A stretch of DNA of 63,377 nucleotides, filler included, from Choristocarpus tenellus KU-1152 (lineage: Eukaryota > Protista > Phaeophyceae), in NCBI GenBank assembly GCA_964200185.2. It is 13 parts of 13 records of this genome, joined end to end, with 100 filler letters (N's around TTAATTAATTAA, not from the genome) between each part and the next. Parts side by side here need not be neighbours in the genome. Positions count along the whole stretch, not along the records: positions 1 to 3,311 come from CAXNAD020020884.1; positions 3,412 to 10,040 come from CAXNAD020007716.1; positions 10,141 to 15,643 come from CAXNAD020010597.1; 10 more parts are not named here. One strand, given 5' to 3'. A program made the position numbers and the translations under genes. Positions 1 to 13,700 of this stretch are shown here, piece after piece. Every line of letters begins with the position of its first letter. Position 1 is the stretch's first letter. The notes below the pieces were generated by a model, which was not told the DNA's origin, did no database searches, and saw only the letters and a program-made list of their open reading frames with translations.

Positions 1-20
1 CCCCCCAGATACTTTGACCC
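1..20. mobile_element. MITE family B terminus at contig edge
   Basis: CCCCCCAGATACTTTGACCC matches the family B end (C-run + AGATACTTTG-GGTC/AGCC). Confidence 0.7.
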
Positions 21-3000
21 AGGTCTTGAAGGTTCACAATCAGAAGAGGACACAATGTGGTATTGAGGACAAAATCTGTATCTTTTGTATATAGGAAAAA
101 TTAACTCAACGCAGCCTGCAAACATACTCTGGGAGGTTAGAGGCACATGCCCACCAGAAATTCAAACCTCTTTCTGAGCAAACATGCACTGTATCGAGTC
201 CATCCTTGTAATGCCTCAGTAGTCTCTGTGTTCCCCCCTCCCCCACCCACTCCCTGAATCCACTAAATTCTCAGCAATCCCCCCATCAGGGTATCATGCC
301 CTGCCAGAGGGTTGCATTAAGGAATTGGGAACAAACAATATATTCATGACAACAAGACACATTGGTCAAGGTCTCAAGCAAAGAGACAAAGAGAAAAACT
401 TGTACTGCCACTTGTCATTACCATGGTTTCCACATCCTGCAATCTGGGATATTCAATCTTGGTTGTATGTAGCTGGGTATCTTTGTCTAAATTCAATTCT
501 AAATGGAGGAGTGCTAGAAGTAAAAGTAATTGTGTAAGGTTTCATCTCTTCTGTTACCTCTTGCAGGATAGACACTTCTACTGTATAACCCAAATGCATG
601 TATACACAAAGGTCATCCACAATCAAATGGGGCACAGCAAACAAGAACAGCTTTCAAAGGTCAAGAGGAAGCTTTCCCGTGAACTGAATCTCTGCAACGC
701 TTCTCCCACTGACAACAGAGCAAAGCTCTCTTGCACGTACAATTTGCTGTATTTTAAACAGCGCAGTAGTAGACCACCTTACACCTAAATATCTCACCCA
801 GGAATTTGGTCCATTTCCTCCTTGCAAGTATCTATCAACTCCTTGTACAGCTCATCACCATCCCACTCTGTTTGTGAGCCAGCCTTTGGAGGGGTCACTA
901 AGACGCAGCTTGTAGGTCTCTTAGTCTTCGCAGATGAACCTAAGTCGACTTTCGAAGGCACGTAACTGGAGGTCGTTCCGCAAGGATTGGAGATAGGTTA
1001 GGTGGTGGACCAGATTTTGGGGAGGGAAGGGAATTGCACAAAACTGCAAGAAAAATTGAAGAGGTTGAGAAAAGCACGGGTATTGGGGTCTCACATATAT
1101 GGCACTCCTTTCTCTTCGCAGTGATAGGCCAAGTGGGATATTACATCGATTGGGGAGATATCGCCAGCAATGATGCACAGTCCAGTCTTTCCTTGACGGA
1201 GACCCTTGCATACCTGACAAACACCGAAGTTGAGGAAGGGGTATGTCGAGTTGTTTCATTGAAGGGTGGGGATAGGGGACAGGAACAAAGAGGCAAACGC
1301 GAGCTTTGTCTGAGCTGACGAAAACAGCAATGCAATGAGAACCAGCATTGCTGTGACGAGGGGTCCGACCCATCGGCTCAAGTGCAACATGGAGACCGTT
1401 ATATATCATCCCAAAAATGGTGTACAACGATCACACATCCACAGCAAGAAGAAATGCGGCCTTGGGGGTCCAAGAAAGGTGGGGCCAAACGACAACTACT
1501 CTACATATAGACCAGGATATATTGAAGGTTGAAATCTTCCATCGCCTGTCAGTAGGTCTGCCTCGTCACCTCCTTTACTCCTCTTCGGACCACCTTTGCT
1601 TTTGCTCCCTTCTTAACAAGCTTATGGAACTTCTTTGTCTGAAGGGAGATCAGACAGATGGGTGGATGAGATAGACAAGTGAAACCGGGGTTTGTTGGTG
1701 AGAGTGGAAGGTCGTATTGTGTCATAACCTTGTAACCTTCCTCAATTCAATTGTATCCTACAGGGGTAGATCTTCCCACAAGATTATTGTATCACAAAAA
1801 ACCTCCTTCTACAGCAATGCTGAAACGACCAAGTGGGAGCAAACTTCCAAGGTTTGCGGTGAATGGCGATGACAACCAACCTTCACACCAATACGAAGCA
1901 CCTGCTTTTTATTGGCCATCGGCTTTGAGATGGGCGAGACCGACTTCAGGCGAACCTCGTAAGATATTTCCTCTACCTCATCCTTGGCCATGCTGGGCAA
2001 TTGGAACTCCTATGCAAGACAACTAAGTTGACCCCTATCTTGAAGGTGGGAGGGCCATTGAGGAACGAGATGAAGGAAGGCGTCTATTTCTAGTATTCAA
2101 ATATACTGAAGTGGTTGTGTCATGACAATATCAGAACACGAATTTAGTGAGGGGGTATAACAATCACATACTCTTAAAAACACAAAATCTCTTAAAATAA
2201 AGATGTTGTAAGAGGCATTATTAGCAATAATAGTGTGTGGTACACTAGTTAGAAATTGGTAACATTGAGTGAGTGGAGTGTGAGTGGATACACGGAAAGT
2301 GGTCACTGTCACCAAGTTGGAGGAGATCCCCTTGTCACCACCCCTGTCGAATCTGGAGTACGACCTGTTGCTCGACTGTGTTGCATAATAACTAGTATTC
2401 TCCTCTTCTCTTCATCTTACGGTAGATGCTCTTCTTGATGATGTTGTAGACAAACACAACTTTTCACACTTGAATTCTTCTCAACGGCTTGTTTATTCTG
2501 ACAATTATTCCTTCCTGCCACTAGTACCTGTCTCCAATCTGACCTTGAGCCCTTGCCCTCCTCCCCCAGCATTAGGATCTTTGTACCTCGTCCTGTTCAT
2601 GTTGCACACCCCTGAAGAGTCCTCCTGCCCCATTCATTGAATTCAACCTCAACAGATACTAGAGAGGAATAATATTCCGGCAACTTGACCAGGATCTAGT
2701 TACGAGGTCTGAAATCCGGATCTCGACCTGAAGGAAAGCAGGTGAACAGGCGAGATCTGCATTTCAGTGATACTAAGAAAAAGGACTGAGTCCTCCCCCT
2801 CCCAAAGTGCTATTTATAGCTAGGACATGTTCGTTGAACTTTTCTCTTCTTCTCTTGTCTGGTCCTTAGGATGTATTCACTCATCAGGCACACCCATCAA
2901 ATGCTGGGTGACAAGGTCCTGTGTAGGATCAATGCTGAACGGTCATGAAGCATTTTTGTCAGAAGTTACGAAGACTTCTCCAGCATTCAGTGTTCAATTG

Positions 3001-3223
3001 AAGTCTCAATTACCATTGTGCTACTAGACATGGCAATATCTGCTGCAGCAGGCACCTGCCCTACTCCGTCGCTGAACCCACAAGATGGTCACCGGTATCA
3101 CCAACGATGGTCGGATTTTTCTCATGCACCATTTCATCCCCTGCAGACTTGCTACCACTCCTATTGACTGCAGGACTTTCATGCGAAGGCTCTGTGCCTC
3201 CCACCCGCTGAGTGTTCACCTCA

Positions 3224-3253
3224 GACCCAAAGTATCTGGGGGGGGGGGGGGGG
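3224..3253. mobile_element. MITE family B terminus, truncated at contig end
   Basis: GACCCAAAGTATCT followed by a G-run, same as the end of the full copy at 17183. Confidence 0.8.
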
Positions 3254-3255
3254 AG

Positions 3256-3311
<56 letters not shown>

Positions 3312-3411
3312 NNNNNNNNNNNNNNNNNNNNNNNNNNNNNNNNNNNNNNNNNNNNTTAATTAATTAANNNNNNNNNNNNNNNNNNNNNNNNNNNNNNNNN
3401 NNNNNNNNNNN
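3312..3411. other. Artificial contig-joining spacer (N44-TTAATTAATTAA-N44), first of 12
   Basis: Identical 100-bp spacer with stops in all six frames at 3312-3411, 10041-10140, 15644-15743, 19812-19911, 22984-23083, 26761-26860, 37202-37301, 41776-41875, 46407-46506, 54036-54135, 57142-57241 and 60420-60519. Confidence 0.98.
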
Positions 3412-3446
3412 TCCCTTGCAGCTCCTCGGGGGCTGGTTGGGGTGGT

Positions 3447-3488
<42 letters not shown>

Positions 3489-4213
3489 GAACATATTCCT
3501 ATGGGATCACCTCATACCAATGGCACCTTCTAAGAATATTCTGTGATTGATCCAGTAGCGTCCATGGCAGGCAAGCTAGATTTTGAAGCAAAAAGCTCTT
3601 CGAACCGGGCCTCTTCTTTCATTAGACTGCCCAATGTCTTTCCTGAAGACATACTGTTTACCTCTCAGTCGGCTTGCACATTAGTTCTGTACCTGTAGTG
3701 CAGATCCGGTGCCCTCACCAGTACCATCGGTTAGTCTATTGCTTTGGGAGCTGTTGAAATTGAGTAGGGCGATGCAAGAGGATTTGCAGATGCTAAGCAA
3801 GTCGACGAAGAAAATCCTCCTCAATTTCATGTCCCTGAAAGAAAAGCACTCATTTTGTGATGGCTAGCCAACTGCTGTGTCACCAGTCACCACTGCTCAT
3901 GGTCTCTTTCCTCTTTTTAGAACACTCATCTTCTATTTGCAGGTATTCAGTCTTGGAGGGGGAGATGTACCACCACATGTATTGAATCTTTGTGATGCCC
4001 TTGCTCTGCAATGCAATTTTTTTGCTCTGCAAGAATCGACTCTGGTCAACTGTATTATTTCACGCTGTGATGATGCAGTCCCCTTCAGAGTTTATATCTG
4101 TTGTGCCTGGGTGCATGGTCCGCCATCCTGTGACCATAAATCTCACCGCTCTAGCTTTGGATGTGATGTATACAGCAATGACTTTACAGGGGTTTTGGAT
4201 CCCTCCTGAGAAC

Positions 4214-4473
4214 GAGTCAAAGTATCTTAGCGTTAGGGTAGAGCTGCGTCCATTTGGGGACCAAAATCTAATGTTGCAACTTTGATATAATTTGGGCTAT
4301 CATTTTTGTTAGGAGATGTCAATATCCTTGTTCTGAACACTCCTTTTCATAACATATACATTTTACCTACTCTGAAAACACTTTGGAGAAGGTAAAATGC
4401 CATTAAAAACCTATGAGAAGCCAAGGCCCAAATGAACAGAGAAAAACACGTACTCTCTAAGATACTTCCACTC
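4214..4473 (+). mobile_element. MITE family A, full-length copy
   Basis: TIRs GAGTCAAAGTATCTTAG...GGGTA and TACTCTCTAAGATACTTCCACTC; AAC/AAC 3-bp duplication at 4211-4213 and 4474-4476; interior aligns with copies at 5260, 24522 and 61950. Confidence 0.9.
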
Positions 4474-5259
4474 AACTGCTAGAGCAAGTTTGATGTGATG
4501 ATATCCTATGCATAACACGATCTTGTTGCAAGTAATAGAAAATTGTATCGATATTTATTTACATAGTCCATCCCTATTTTGATACCTCTTTTTTTTATTT
4601 TCGACATTGACTTTTTCCTTTGTCATGTCTACGATAACTCATCTTGTTTCCCCTATTTTTGTTCCTCGGAATTGTCTGCTATTGGTTATTAGGTATTGGG
4701 ATGACATTCACGCCTCTGCTGACAATGCTAGCGCCATCTTGTTGCACATGTATGGGCCGGGTCAGCAGCTGGGACAACAGATGTGAATTGAGAAGACTCT
4801 CATTGCTTTTTCCTGGAGAAACATTGGGTGTTGTGTGGGTTTTTCAATTTTGGTGCCATTAGAAAATGGGAAGAGTGGTGATCTGAGCTTTTATTCAATT
4901 CAACTGGTGGTATCTATCTGGCATATTGGAGAGCCTTATGAAGAGTTCAATTTACAATTGTTTCCACTTGGGTTCATGAGAAAATCTCAATCTAAAGTAA
5001 CAGTGATACTATTATGAAAGCCAATGAACAGTGACATTGGTAGGTCTGGGATGGGGGGAAAGCCATAAAATGATGGCATACATAGAACATCAAAAATTCT
5101 TTGCTGATAGGTGTTGGGCATAAAATCACTGTGTCAGTAGTGTTACATCATGTTTATTGATGTAGTATCCTGCAAAATAAAGAAGAGATGGATTGCTTGT
5201 GACCTCTGTGACAAGAGTGATTGTATTGTGTGACTCCTGTTTTGTGACAACGATCATTA

Positions 5260-5517
5260 GAGTTGAAGTGTCTTAGAGGGTAGGGTTGCGTCCATTTAGG
5301 GGCCAAAATCCAATGTTGCGATGTTGATGTAATTTTGGCTATTGTGTTTGTTAGGAAGTGTCAATATCCTTGTTCCGGACACACCTTTCATTACGCATAC
5401 ATTTTACCTACTCCAAAATATTTTGTAGTAGGAAAATGTCATAAAAAACCCCGAGGGAAGCCAAGTCCTAAATGGACAAACAGGGCAAAACTCGTACCCT
5501 CTAAGATACTTTCACTC
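5260..5517 (+). mobile_element. MITE family A, full-length copy
   Basis: TIRs GAGTTGAAGTGTCTTAGAGGGTA and TACCCTCTAAGATACTTTCACTC; TTA/TTA duplication at 5257-5259 and 5518-5520; internal hairpin CATTTTACCTACTCCAAAA..TTTTGTAGTAGGAAAATG. Confidence 0.92.
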
Positions 5518-8500
5518 TTACACTGAAGAAACAAAGTGGTGTGTGGCCAAAATTTTAAGTTGTAGGAAAATAATTTTTTCTGGGTGTTCCAACCCTCATC
5601 TCGTGCCAGTTTATAAAGAGATCCAGGGAGAGGGAAGAGGAGCTCATTACAAAATACACAGAGCTCTAGAGTAGAGTAGTAGTAAAACAATGCTGACTTG
5701 AAGGTGGGTTGTGCTTGTATACATATTGTTATGTCATATGTGTTATCTCCATGTGACCCGCGACTTAGGATGGACCTCTGTGTTGTGTTGCTTTGTTAAT
5801 TGGGTAGGAGAGGTCCAACAGTATGGTAGTAGGCAGCATATCATGTATCATGTATATATATATATTCAGACAGTAGTGAGGGACCCATTCTTCAAGTTGG
5901 AAGCATTTTTAGAACTGCTGATGATCTAATCGCGCTCAGGATCGATGATCCTAGTAGCATATATTGTAAGTTCGCAGACTCTCAAGGAGTGTGATTTACC
6001 AAGAAGATAATAGGGGTAGTTCCTAGTCTTCGCAATCAGGTTTCGCGCAATTCGGTGTAATCACCGATAGAAACATTTCTCGTAGATAACGCATATAAAA
6101 TTCTGCTAAAATGTTTCTTTAGCATCACTATATTCTAATTTTCTGATCCATCACTAATCAATCTACCATCTTACTTACACACATCTTGCTAAGTACATAA
6201 TTTATTCGCGTGTACTAATAACAACATTTGGTGTGTGTACATTACTTCAAAGCACCTCTTTATTATGCGAACATTATCTCCGTGGCGATAACATTCCGCT
6301 CTCAAGGTTGAGTGAGGATACTGTACGTTTGCGACATACCTACTTGTTATTGCTTGCGGTTTGGTCCAGGAGGACGGTGGCCTACTTCTGTGAGATTGAC
6401 CTGCTACAAAGACGGATATATAGCTTGCTAAGTAACACTTGACTGGCATATAGATTGAAAGGATATTTTATCCTCCACATGTACTATGAACATGGTACTA
6501 AGTATGAATCTGTTTACTACGTTGAGCAACATCAAAAAAGTGTATGAGCAATCGCTTTTTTCTTGTTGACGTCGATGCTCCGTTATCTATCATCACCGTC
6601 ATTCGGACTCTTTTGCCCGAATACTTGGCTGTTGTACGTGTGACCCAATACTATTATATGGGTTAGACAAGGTCCCCTGGCTCTGATTTTGTCAAGTTTG
6701 AGATACCACGACTGTTCCACGGGGGGGAGGGGCAGATAGAAGCAACTCCGCATAATCTGTAGGCCAATCATCCCACTTATCACACACTCTCCCTGATTGG
6801 TCGTCTCAGTCTCAACTGTTCCCGTTGAACCAGTTCCTGGACACGTCTTCTATCTGTATCCTCTCGTGGTATGGAGTTGGGAAAGCAGTCCAGTCTTTGT
6901 ATCCCTCAGCCTCTGATTTTTGTCAAATTCAACTAGTATTGAGATATACCACTCTTCCACCGTAACAGACAATTGTACAACTGCCCACCCTGTTGGATCA
7001 CTGATATATATTTATCTCAATACTATCTTCCTGGCCACATAACAGCAGCACACGCCTGGATCAACTTCAGCAATCAATATCAACTTATTATACAAAAAAA
7101 ATCGTGTCCTTCAAAGGAATGCAAAACATTATTTTTCTGTTTATCCATTATCAAACTTCGCAAATCCACCCCCGGATTCAATTGCCTCATCACCCGGAGG
7201 TATGAAGGGAATATGGGTAGGCAGAAGAGGCAACATCAACAACAGACACACATTTCCCCACGTGTTGAAGTTTTGTTCAAGAAATACCGTCATCACAAAA
7301 ACACGAGCAACTCAGTATCTCCTCACACCCACACCCAGACAACAAGCGCATCACATCACATATTATATGCGTTGCATAGGTCAACAAATTAGAAGGCTGA
7401 CAAACTACATACATACATACACATACGTATGTACTTAACTCGATCCCTTCTTTGTTCCCTGGGAGACAACACTATGTTTATTGCCCCTTACAGTATTCCA
7501 CCTCGCACCATCTCAAAACCAGCATCAAAACACAATAAACATATCCAAAGGTTCAGCGCACATAGAACCCTGACTCCCCCTGCCCACCGCCACAACTACC
7601 CCCCTTGCGATGATTGATGCCTAGTTACAACTAGTTAAGAAGAAAAAGAATTTCAATGCGCAGAACAAAAAAAACATCACTCACACCAATGGAACATCCC
7701 AGAAGTCATATTCACCCAATCGGATCCATTTGCCGTAAGGCCTCCCCTACCACCCCGAATCTCGATATTAGTCCTACATCACTCTTCACAACAATCTCCA
7801 ACTACATCTCAACAACTATACCACCCACGCCTCCTCAGGTCTACACTACCCCTCCTCCCAAAACGACACCAACTGCTACTCTACTTCTTCCCAACATCCC
7901 CCCTGAGTCTCGCCAAGATCAACAGGTAGGGGAACACTGTACCATTAGCAACATTACCTTCAATGCCATAGCCTACACATCACACCAAGCCAATACAATG
8001 TTTCAACCTGAAGCATGTCTTCCTACCCTCCAAATCCTCGCCACCAGTACCCCCCCTCCTTCCATCATCTCACAGCAAACCCTGCCTCTCCAGAATACCG
8101 CCAAGAGGTCCCCCTTCATATCCTTCTTTACCCACCCCATGCAAGATCGTCACCACATCTCCCACCCTCCCCAAGCGACTGCTGAAGTTATACTAAAGAG
8201 GATGCACGGAACATGCTCAAAGAGCAGCAACACCTCGATGCTACTGCCTTCAAATGTCACAATTGGTCAACCGAACAAGTCTTTCCCCAGACCCAATCAA
8301 CTACATCTTGACAACACATATGCCAGAACTATCCTTTCTGAAACTTCATGTAACGCTTGCCCCTCCCCCTCAAGCGGCAACAAAAGCTACTTGGTGTCCC
8401 AGCGCTGGAGAGCTACCAGTCTCCCTCCCACAACATCCAGGAGGCGCTGGCAGGAGGTAACCTGCCCGGACATGATGCCCTTGACTGCTTCCTGCAGAAC

Positions 8501-8654
8501 GCCTTCTCCACACCATCCTTCTCATCAGTATCCAACCATCAAGTGTGAAAGTTTGAAGGAGGGGTGGGTGGGTGGGTGGGTGGGTGGGTAGGAACAGTTT
8601 AAATCAAAGGACTGCAATCGGAATGTGAAACTCTTGACAACTTGTGCGTTCGCA

Positions 8655-9983
8655 TCAAGTATTCAGATCAGAAAGCACGCCTTCATCAACAAACAATATA
8701 ATATAAAATAAAATAAAATTAATCACCTTTTGCATTGGACCAAAATTTGAACAAAAAGAAGTGAAAAAAACAAAAAAAATCAACATGGAACTACAGCTAG
8801 AGAGGAGGGCAAGAAATGAAATGAAATGAAATAAAATCAAACGTAGTCGATTGGCCATCCCTTCCACTCACCGTCCATGTCATACCACAACACATCCAGC
8901 GCAGTACTATAGCCTTGGCCAAGGCCCCCCTTCAGGAGCTCCGGCAACACGCCTCCAGACTTGATTGTGTCCTGCTTTGCGGATATCTCTGACTGAAAGG
9001 CACAGACATAAAATAGCAAAGGCAAACTATTACCTTTGATAAAGATTCAAAAACTATGATTCAGCAGGGGTTAGGGTTAGGGTTGCGGGTCTGGGAGGAG
9101 CGTACACCATGGCTGCCGAGGAGGTCGACCACAGAATAATAATGGGTTAAAATTAATCTCAATAGCAATAAGTAAAGTTAATTCTGCCATTCGAACCCAC
9201 CAACTCCCCCACATTCAACTGGAAGAACTCTTCAACTCCTCACAAAAATCGGACATCCGTCGTGTCTTGGGGTCCCACTAACATCACTGCAATGATGTGA
9301 TGGGGGCATCTCTTTTTGTAAGTTCTCCTGGTGAGGGCACTATAGGATTGGTTTGGCGTAAAAGGGAGAGTCCCACTAGAAATCAAGCATACTTGTGTAA
9401 GAAGAAATACGTACAGTGTGTGTGTATATATATAGAGAGAGAGATCTAACACCAAGAATCGATCAAGGTATGAAAAGGTGATGGGTACATGTTGGACAGT
9501 TACGACATATTTTAATTATAATTTTAACAGACAGCAGGCAGACACAACACCATACTGGCTAAGAAAAATAGCAGACATGAACAATCTCTCCCCTCCTCCC
9601 CCCCAAAAGATAAATTACAACCCCAATCACCAGTATATTCTTTGCACACAATTTAAAGAAAAAATAAGTAAGCACAAAGAAAAAATTGCTATTAATAGTA
9701 ACAAGATCATGATACCTATATGGTCACACACACATACACACACTAGAGATGTACACAGATAAACCAAAACACTACCTATGACAAATTGTACCTTGAGAAT
9801 AGAAGACAGGTCCCTCAAAAGCCCTGCCACATCAAATCCAAGACCATTCAATGCATCAAGAGCAGCAGAGGCATCTGCTGATTGACCTCCACCAGGACCA
9901 TCTTTCTCCTCCACAGGAGTAGACTTCTTGCCTTTGGCCTTACCCTTTCCTTTCCCCCTACGCTTCTTGCTGAGAGGGGGCAT
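8655..9983 (-). CDS. 3' part of a spliced gene of unknown function (exons ~9983-9792, 8992-8872, 8680-8655)
   Basis: Phase-compatible GT-AG exons give (M)PPLSKKRRGKGKGKAKGKKSTPVEEK...LLRDLSSILK | SEISAKQDTIKSGGVLPELLKGGLGQGYSTALDVLWYDMD | GVLSDLNT*. The basic stretch is NLS-like. No family recognised; the last exon is tentative. Confidence 0.55.
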
Positions 9984-10513
9984 CTTAGGGGTGGGGGGGG
10001 GGTGGGGGGAAGCTGATTAATGCCTTTGTTGTTATTAGTTNNNNNNNNNNNNNNNNNNNNNNNNNNNNNNNNNNNNNNNNNNNNTTAATTAATTAANNNN
10101 NNNNNNNNNNNNNNNNNNNNNNNNNNNNNNNNNNNNNNNNTTGTGTGGTTCTTTTTTTTGTGGGTTTCTTTTTTTTTTTGTGTGGTTTGTTTTTGTTTTC
10201 CAATCCCTTTTTCTTTCCCCCCCCCCCCCCCCCCCCCCTTTCCCATCCCCTCCCATCCCTCCCCTCCCTGAAATTTGAACACAGAGGTTGGTATAAGAAC
10301 CTCTTGTACACGAGACCTGAACATGGAATTAACCAGTACACTGGAATGCCTTGACACTTTGCCGTGCCTTAAATCTCCTTCCTTCGTCTGTTGTTCTGCC
10401 TGCCTGTCCTTCTGTCCTTCTGTCCTTCTGTCCTTCTGTCTGTCTGTTCCATTGCCTCTCTGACCGACCAACTGGCTGACTGGCTTGTTCTGTGACTTGT
10501 GTGTATGAAACAG

Positions 10514-10671
10514 ACCTTATCAGTTCATCTATGGCAAGTTTGACACTTCCCCACGACTATCCCGTATCTACTACTGTCCTCCATACCTGGATCATCCTTT
10601 CACCAGCGTACATCGCATTAAGCTAATCAGAAGAATCATAGAGGACAAGTCTTCCTCATGGTGTGTGTGTT

Positions 10672-10734
<63 letters not shown>

Positions 10735-13700
10735 ATGTGTGTATGTGTGTATGTGTGTGTGTTTGTTTGTATGTTGTAGGAAGAAAGGTCTTAAGGGAGT
10801 TGCGGCATTTGGTGGTGTGATGAAGTGGGATGAAGTGGGTTGAAGGGTCAAATATATGACGGAGTAATGGACTGGTTTTGATTCTGTTGGAGAGTTTTTT
10901 TTTAGTTTGATGTGGGGGCATCAGGGTGTCCTTGCTAGAGTGGGTGGTGTATTTATGTATGTATGTATGTATGCATTGTGTGAGTATGTGTGTAATTGCT
11001 TGTGTATGTGTATGTTGGGTATTCTATCATGTTTAGTCCAGCATATTTGTGTGAGCAGTGAGATTAGTCTATATACTCAGTAGTGGAATGTACACTAGTT
11101 ATGAATATTATATTTATTATTATTATTGTTATCATTGTTAATTCATTGCTTAGTGGCTCATCTCTATTTTTTATTTATTTATCTATATGCAGAGCACTGG
11201 GTTTCCATTATTTTGAGTTTTGTTTTTTTTCTGAATTGTTTGGTGTAAATTAAAGAAATTATTTGTATTCAAAAGTAAAGTTATATCCTTCTTGCAACGA
11301 TACATGCGTTCCTTTATTTTTTTTTAATGAGCATTTTAGGTGAAAAGGTGTTATTGCATAGTAGTAATAATAATAATAATAATTACCCACAAAGTATGCC
11401 ATTGCGATCGCTTTCCTGTGTGAAGCACTAGTTCGAGCAGGTAGTTAGACAGGCTGTAACTGAATTAGATGGTGCATCACATTTTGATTACTTTTTTGTC
11501 GGAGGGAGGGGGGGGGGGGTTTCACTAGAATCTTAGGGTCTTGCTAAATCACATTATGAGGTTTTCACCCTAAGTTCCCAGTGAAATCATCAGAGACTTC
11601 CAGTAGTTGCACCCGGACTACGATGTTGGCTATGGAGCGGTGACAATACCTTCCCAGTATTTTATTTTTTATTTGGTATTTTCCTCACCTATGTACATTT
11701 TTTTTACCGAAGCTGTAGAAGAGGATATACAAGTAATTATTATTAGTGTTATTATTAGTATTATTACTATTGTAGTTGAGGTAGGGACAACCCCCCCCCT
11801 CCGACCAATGAACATGAGTGAATGGATGATTGATTGAGAAATAGTGTGTGTTTGTTTTTGTTTAGGGAGTTTCAAAAACTAAAGAAACAGTGAAGGAAAT
11901 AAAAATGTTTTTATTTTGTTGTACTGTTCTTGAGTTAGGGTACTTACGGTGATTCAACTATCAAAATAATAATAATAATATTAATATTACTGCTAGCGAG
12001 ACAATTAATTCTACGTATGTACGTATGTTTGTTGGCATTTTATTACTCTTTTCTGCTTGGAGGGGTGCTAAGTCAAGACATTCCCCTCCCCCTCCCCCAC
12101 CCTCATACTTTTGACTGATTCTAAGGAGAGGGAGAGGTTGAAATGACTTTTGTTACACTCTTTTGACATAATACAATCATACTAATAATAATACTAATAC
12201 TGTAGCCTGTTTTATTTTTCATTGGACCAACTGCTGGACGCCTTCTGTTGTCATAATAATAACAGTAATAATATTGTTAATATGAATAATTAATATCATT
12301 TTTTTGTGGGGGGGGGGGGGGTGGNNNNNNNNNNTTTTTTTTAATAAATAAAAAAAATATAAGTATTTTTATATAATAATTTATTTGTTTTTTTTGGGGG
12401 GGGGGGGGGGGGGTGGGGGTATGCTGACTGCTACACTGTTTGTGTGACTTGGAGTATGTAGTCCATAGTATATAGTAACTTACACACCTGTCGAATCACA
12501 TCACATCATGAAGTACAATGAGGGACATCAACCATGGGGTGAGTGGATCACCCACACACACACACCCCTCTCCATGTCTCCAAAGCTTGATTTTTTCCAG
12601 GTCTTGTCCACTCACAGCATTTCACCCCTCCTTGTCTCACGGTGGTTGCGTAATGGTCATGTAATGGTGAATCTGGGATCCTGCAGTGCAGGATTGGAAT
12701 TGACATTGGCAATGGGGAATGGATCGATCTTGGGTCACTTCCCCTTACATGATGAACCAAGGAGAGAGGAGCTGTGTTTAGCATGGCTCAAGAAGTGGGC
12801 TTATCCACAAGACCAACCTGTGGATATGATCAAGGTCTGTGTGTGTGTGTGTGTGTGTGCTTGAGGGGAAGGAAGGTGATGACTTTTTAATGTTTTTATT
12901 TCTTGTATGGTGTGTTATTTGTTTGTTATTGTTTATGTTTATGTATGTTATTTGTTTGTTGCCTTTGTGATTATGGTGGTTTGGATTGGTGTTGGCTCTT
13001 TTTTGTGGCGATGCTGTGGTGAAGTAGTTGGTTAGGTTTAGGGTTAGGGTTACAGCTTCTTTTTTTTACTGGACACGAATAATTGTAGGGTATTGATAAT
13101 AATTCATTATAATTGTAATCTGTTTGATTCAATGTAACCATTAGGAGAGGGGTGTGTATTTTCACTTAATTAAGTTTTTGAAGTATTTTTTAATTTTTTC
13201 CATTTTATCGAAGGAATCAGAAAAAAAAATTGATTAATCAACTTTTAATCAAAAAGGGTAACTCACTAAAGTGCCAAAATGCACTTCACAGGTGTGAAAG
13301 TATGTCCTACAAAAACATGTGACAACCAGAAAGCCAGAGGAGTCATTAAAGACACTCAGTGGCACCCCTCCTCTGGGATAGTTTCACTGAGAGGGCTGTG
13401 TGTTAGGCAAGATTCATGTTGTGTTAATAGATCTGTTTGTAGTAGGGTGCTATTGATCCCATCAGTGGGACTGGCTCTATATCTCCACTGGTGTTGTTGT
13501 TCATTGATGTGATACTATACCCCTTTTGGTCACTCTCATCCTTTGATTGCCCATGCTATGGATGTTGGTGTCCCCCATGTACATCATCTTCCCCCCCCTC
13601 ACCATGTTAAATACACACACATATTAATTTATCTGTGTATCCATGTATCCGTGTGTGTCCTCTGACCCCAGCTCCAGATCCTCAACTCCATGCTGATTCC

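Noticed and set aside
3256-3311. Long poly-A after a MITE end, suggesting a retroposed tail
   Set aside because: It lies at a contig end next to a G-run; similar homopolymers occur at other contig edges and look like low-quality sequence.
3356-3367. Recurrent TTAATTAATTAA palindrome, and 'LIN' or poly-X ORF ends
   Set aside because: Synthetic six-frame-stop linker inside N padding. It is not biological, and gene neighbourhoods across it are meaningless.
7656-8591. 311-aa Pro/Thr/Ser-rich ORF, the longest in the window
   Set aside because: The strand is strongly C/A-skewed, which suppresses stops, and no domain motif is recognisable. It may be a decayed non-LTR element, but I cannot support that.
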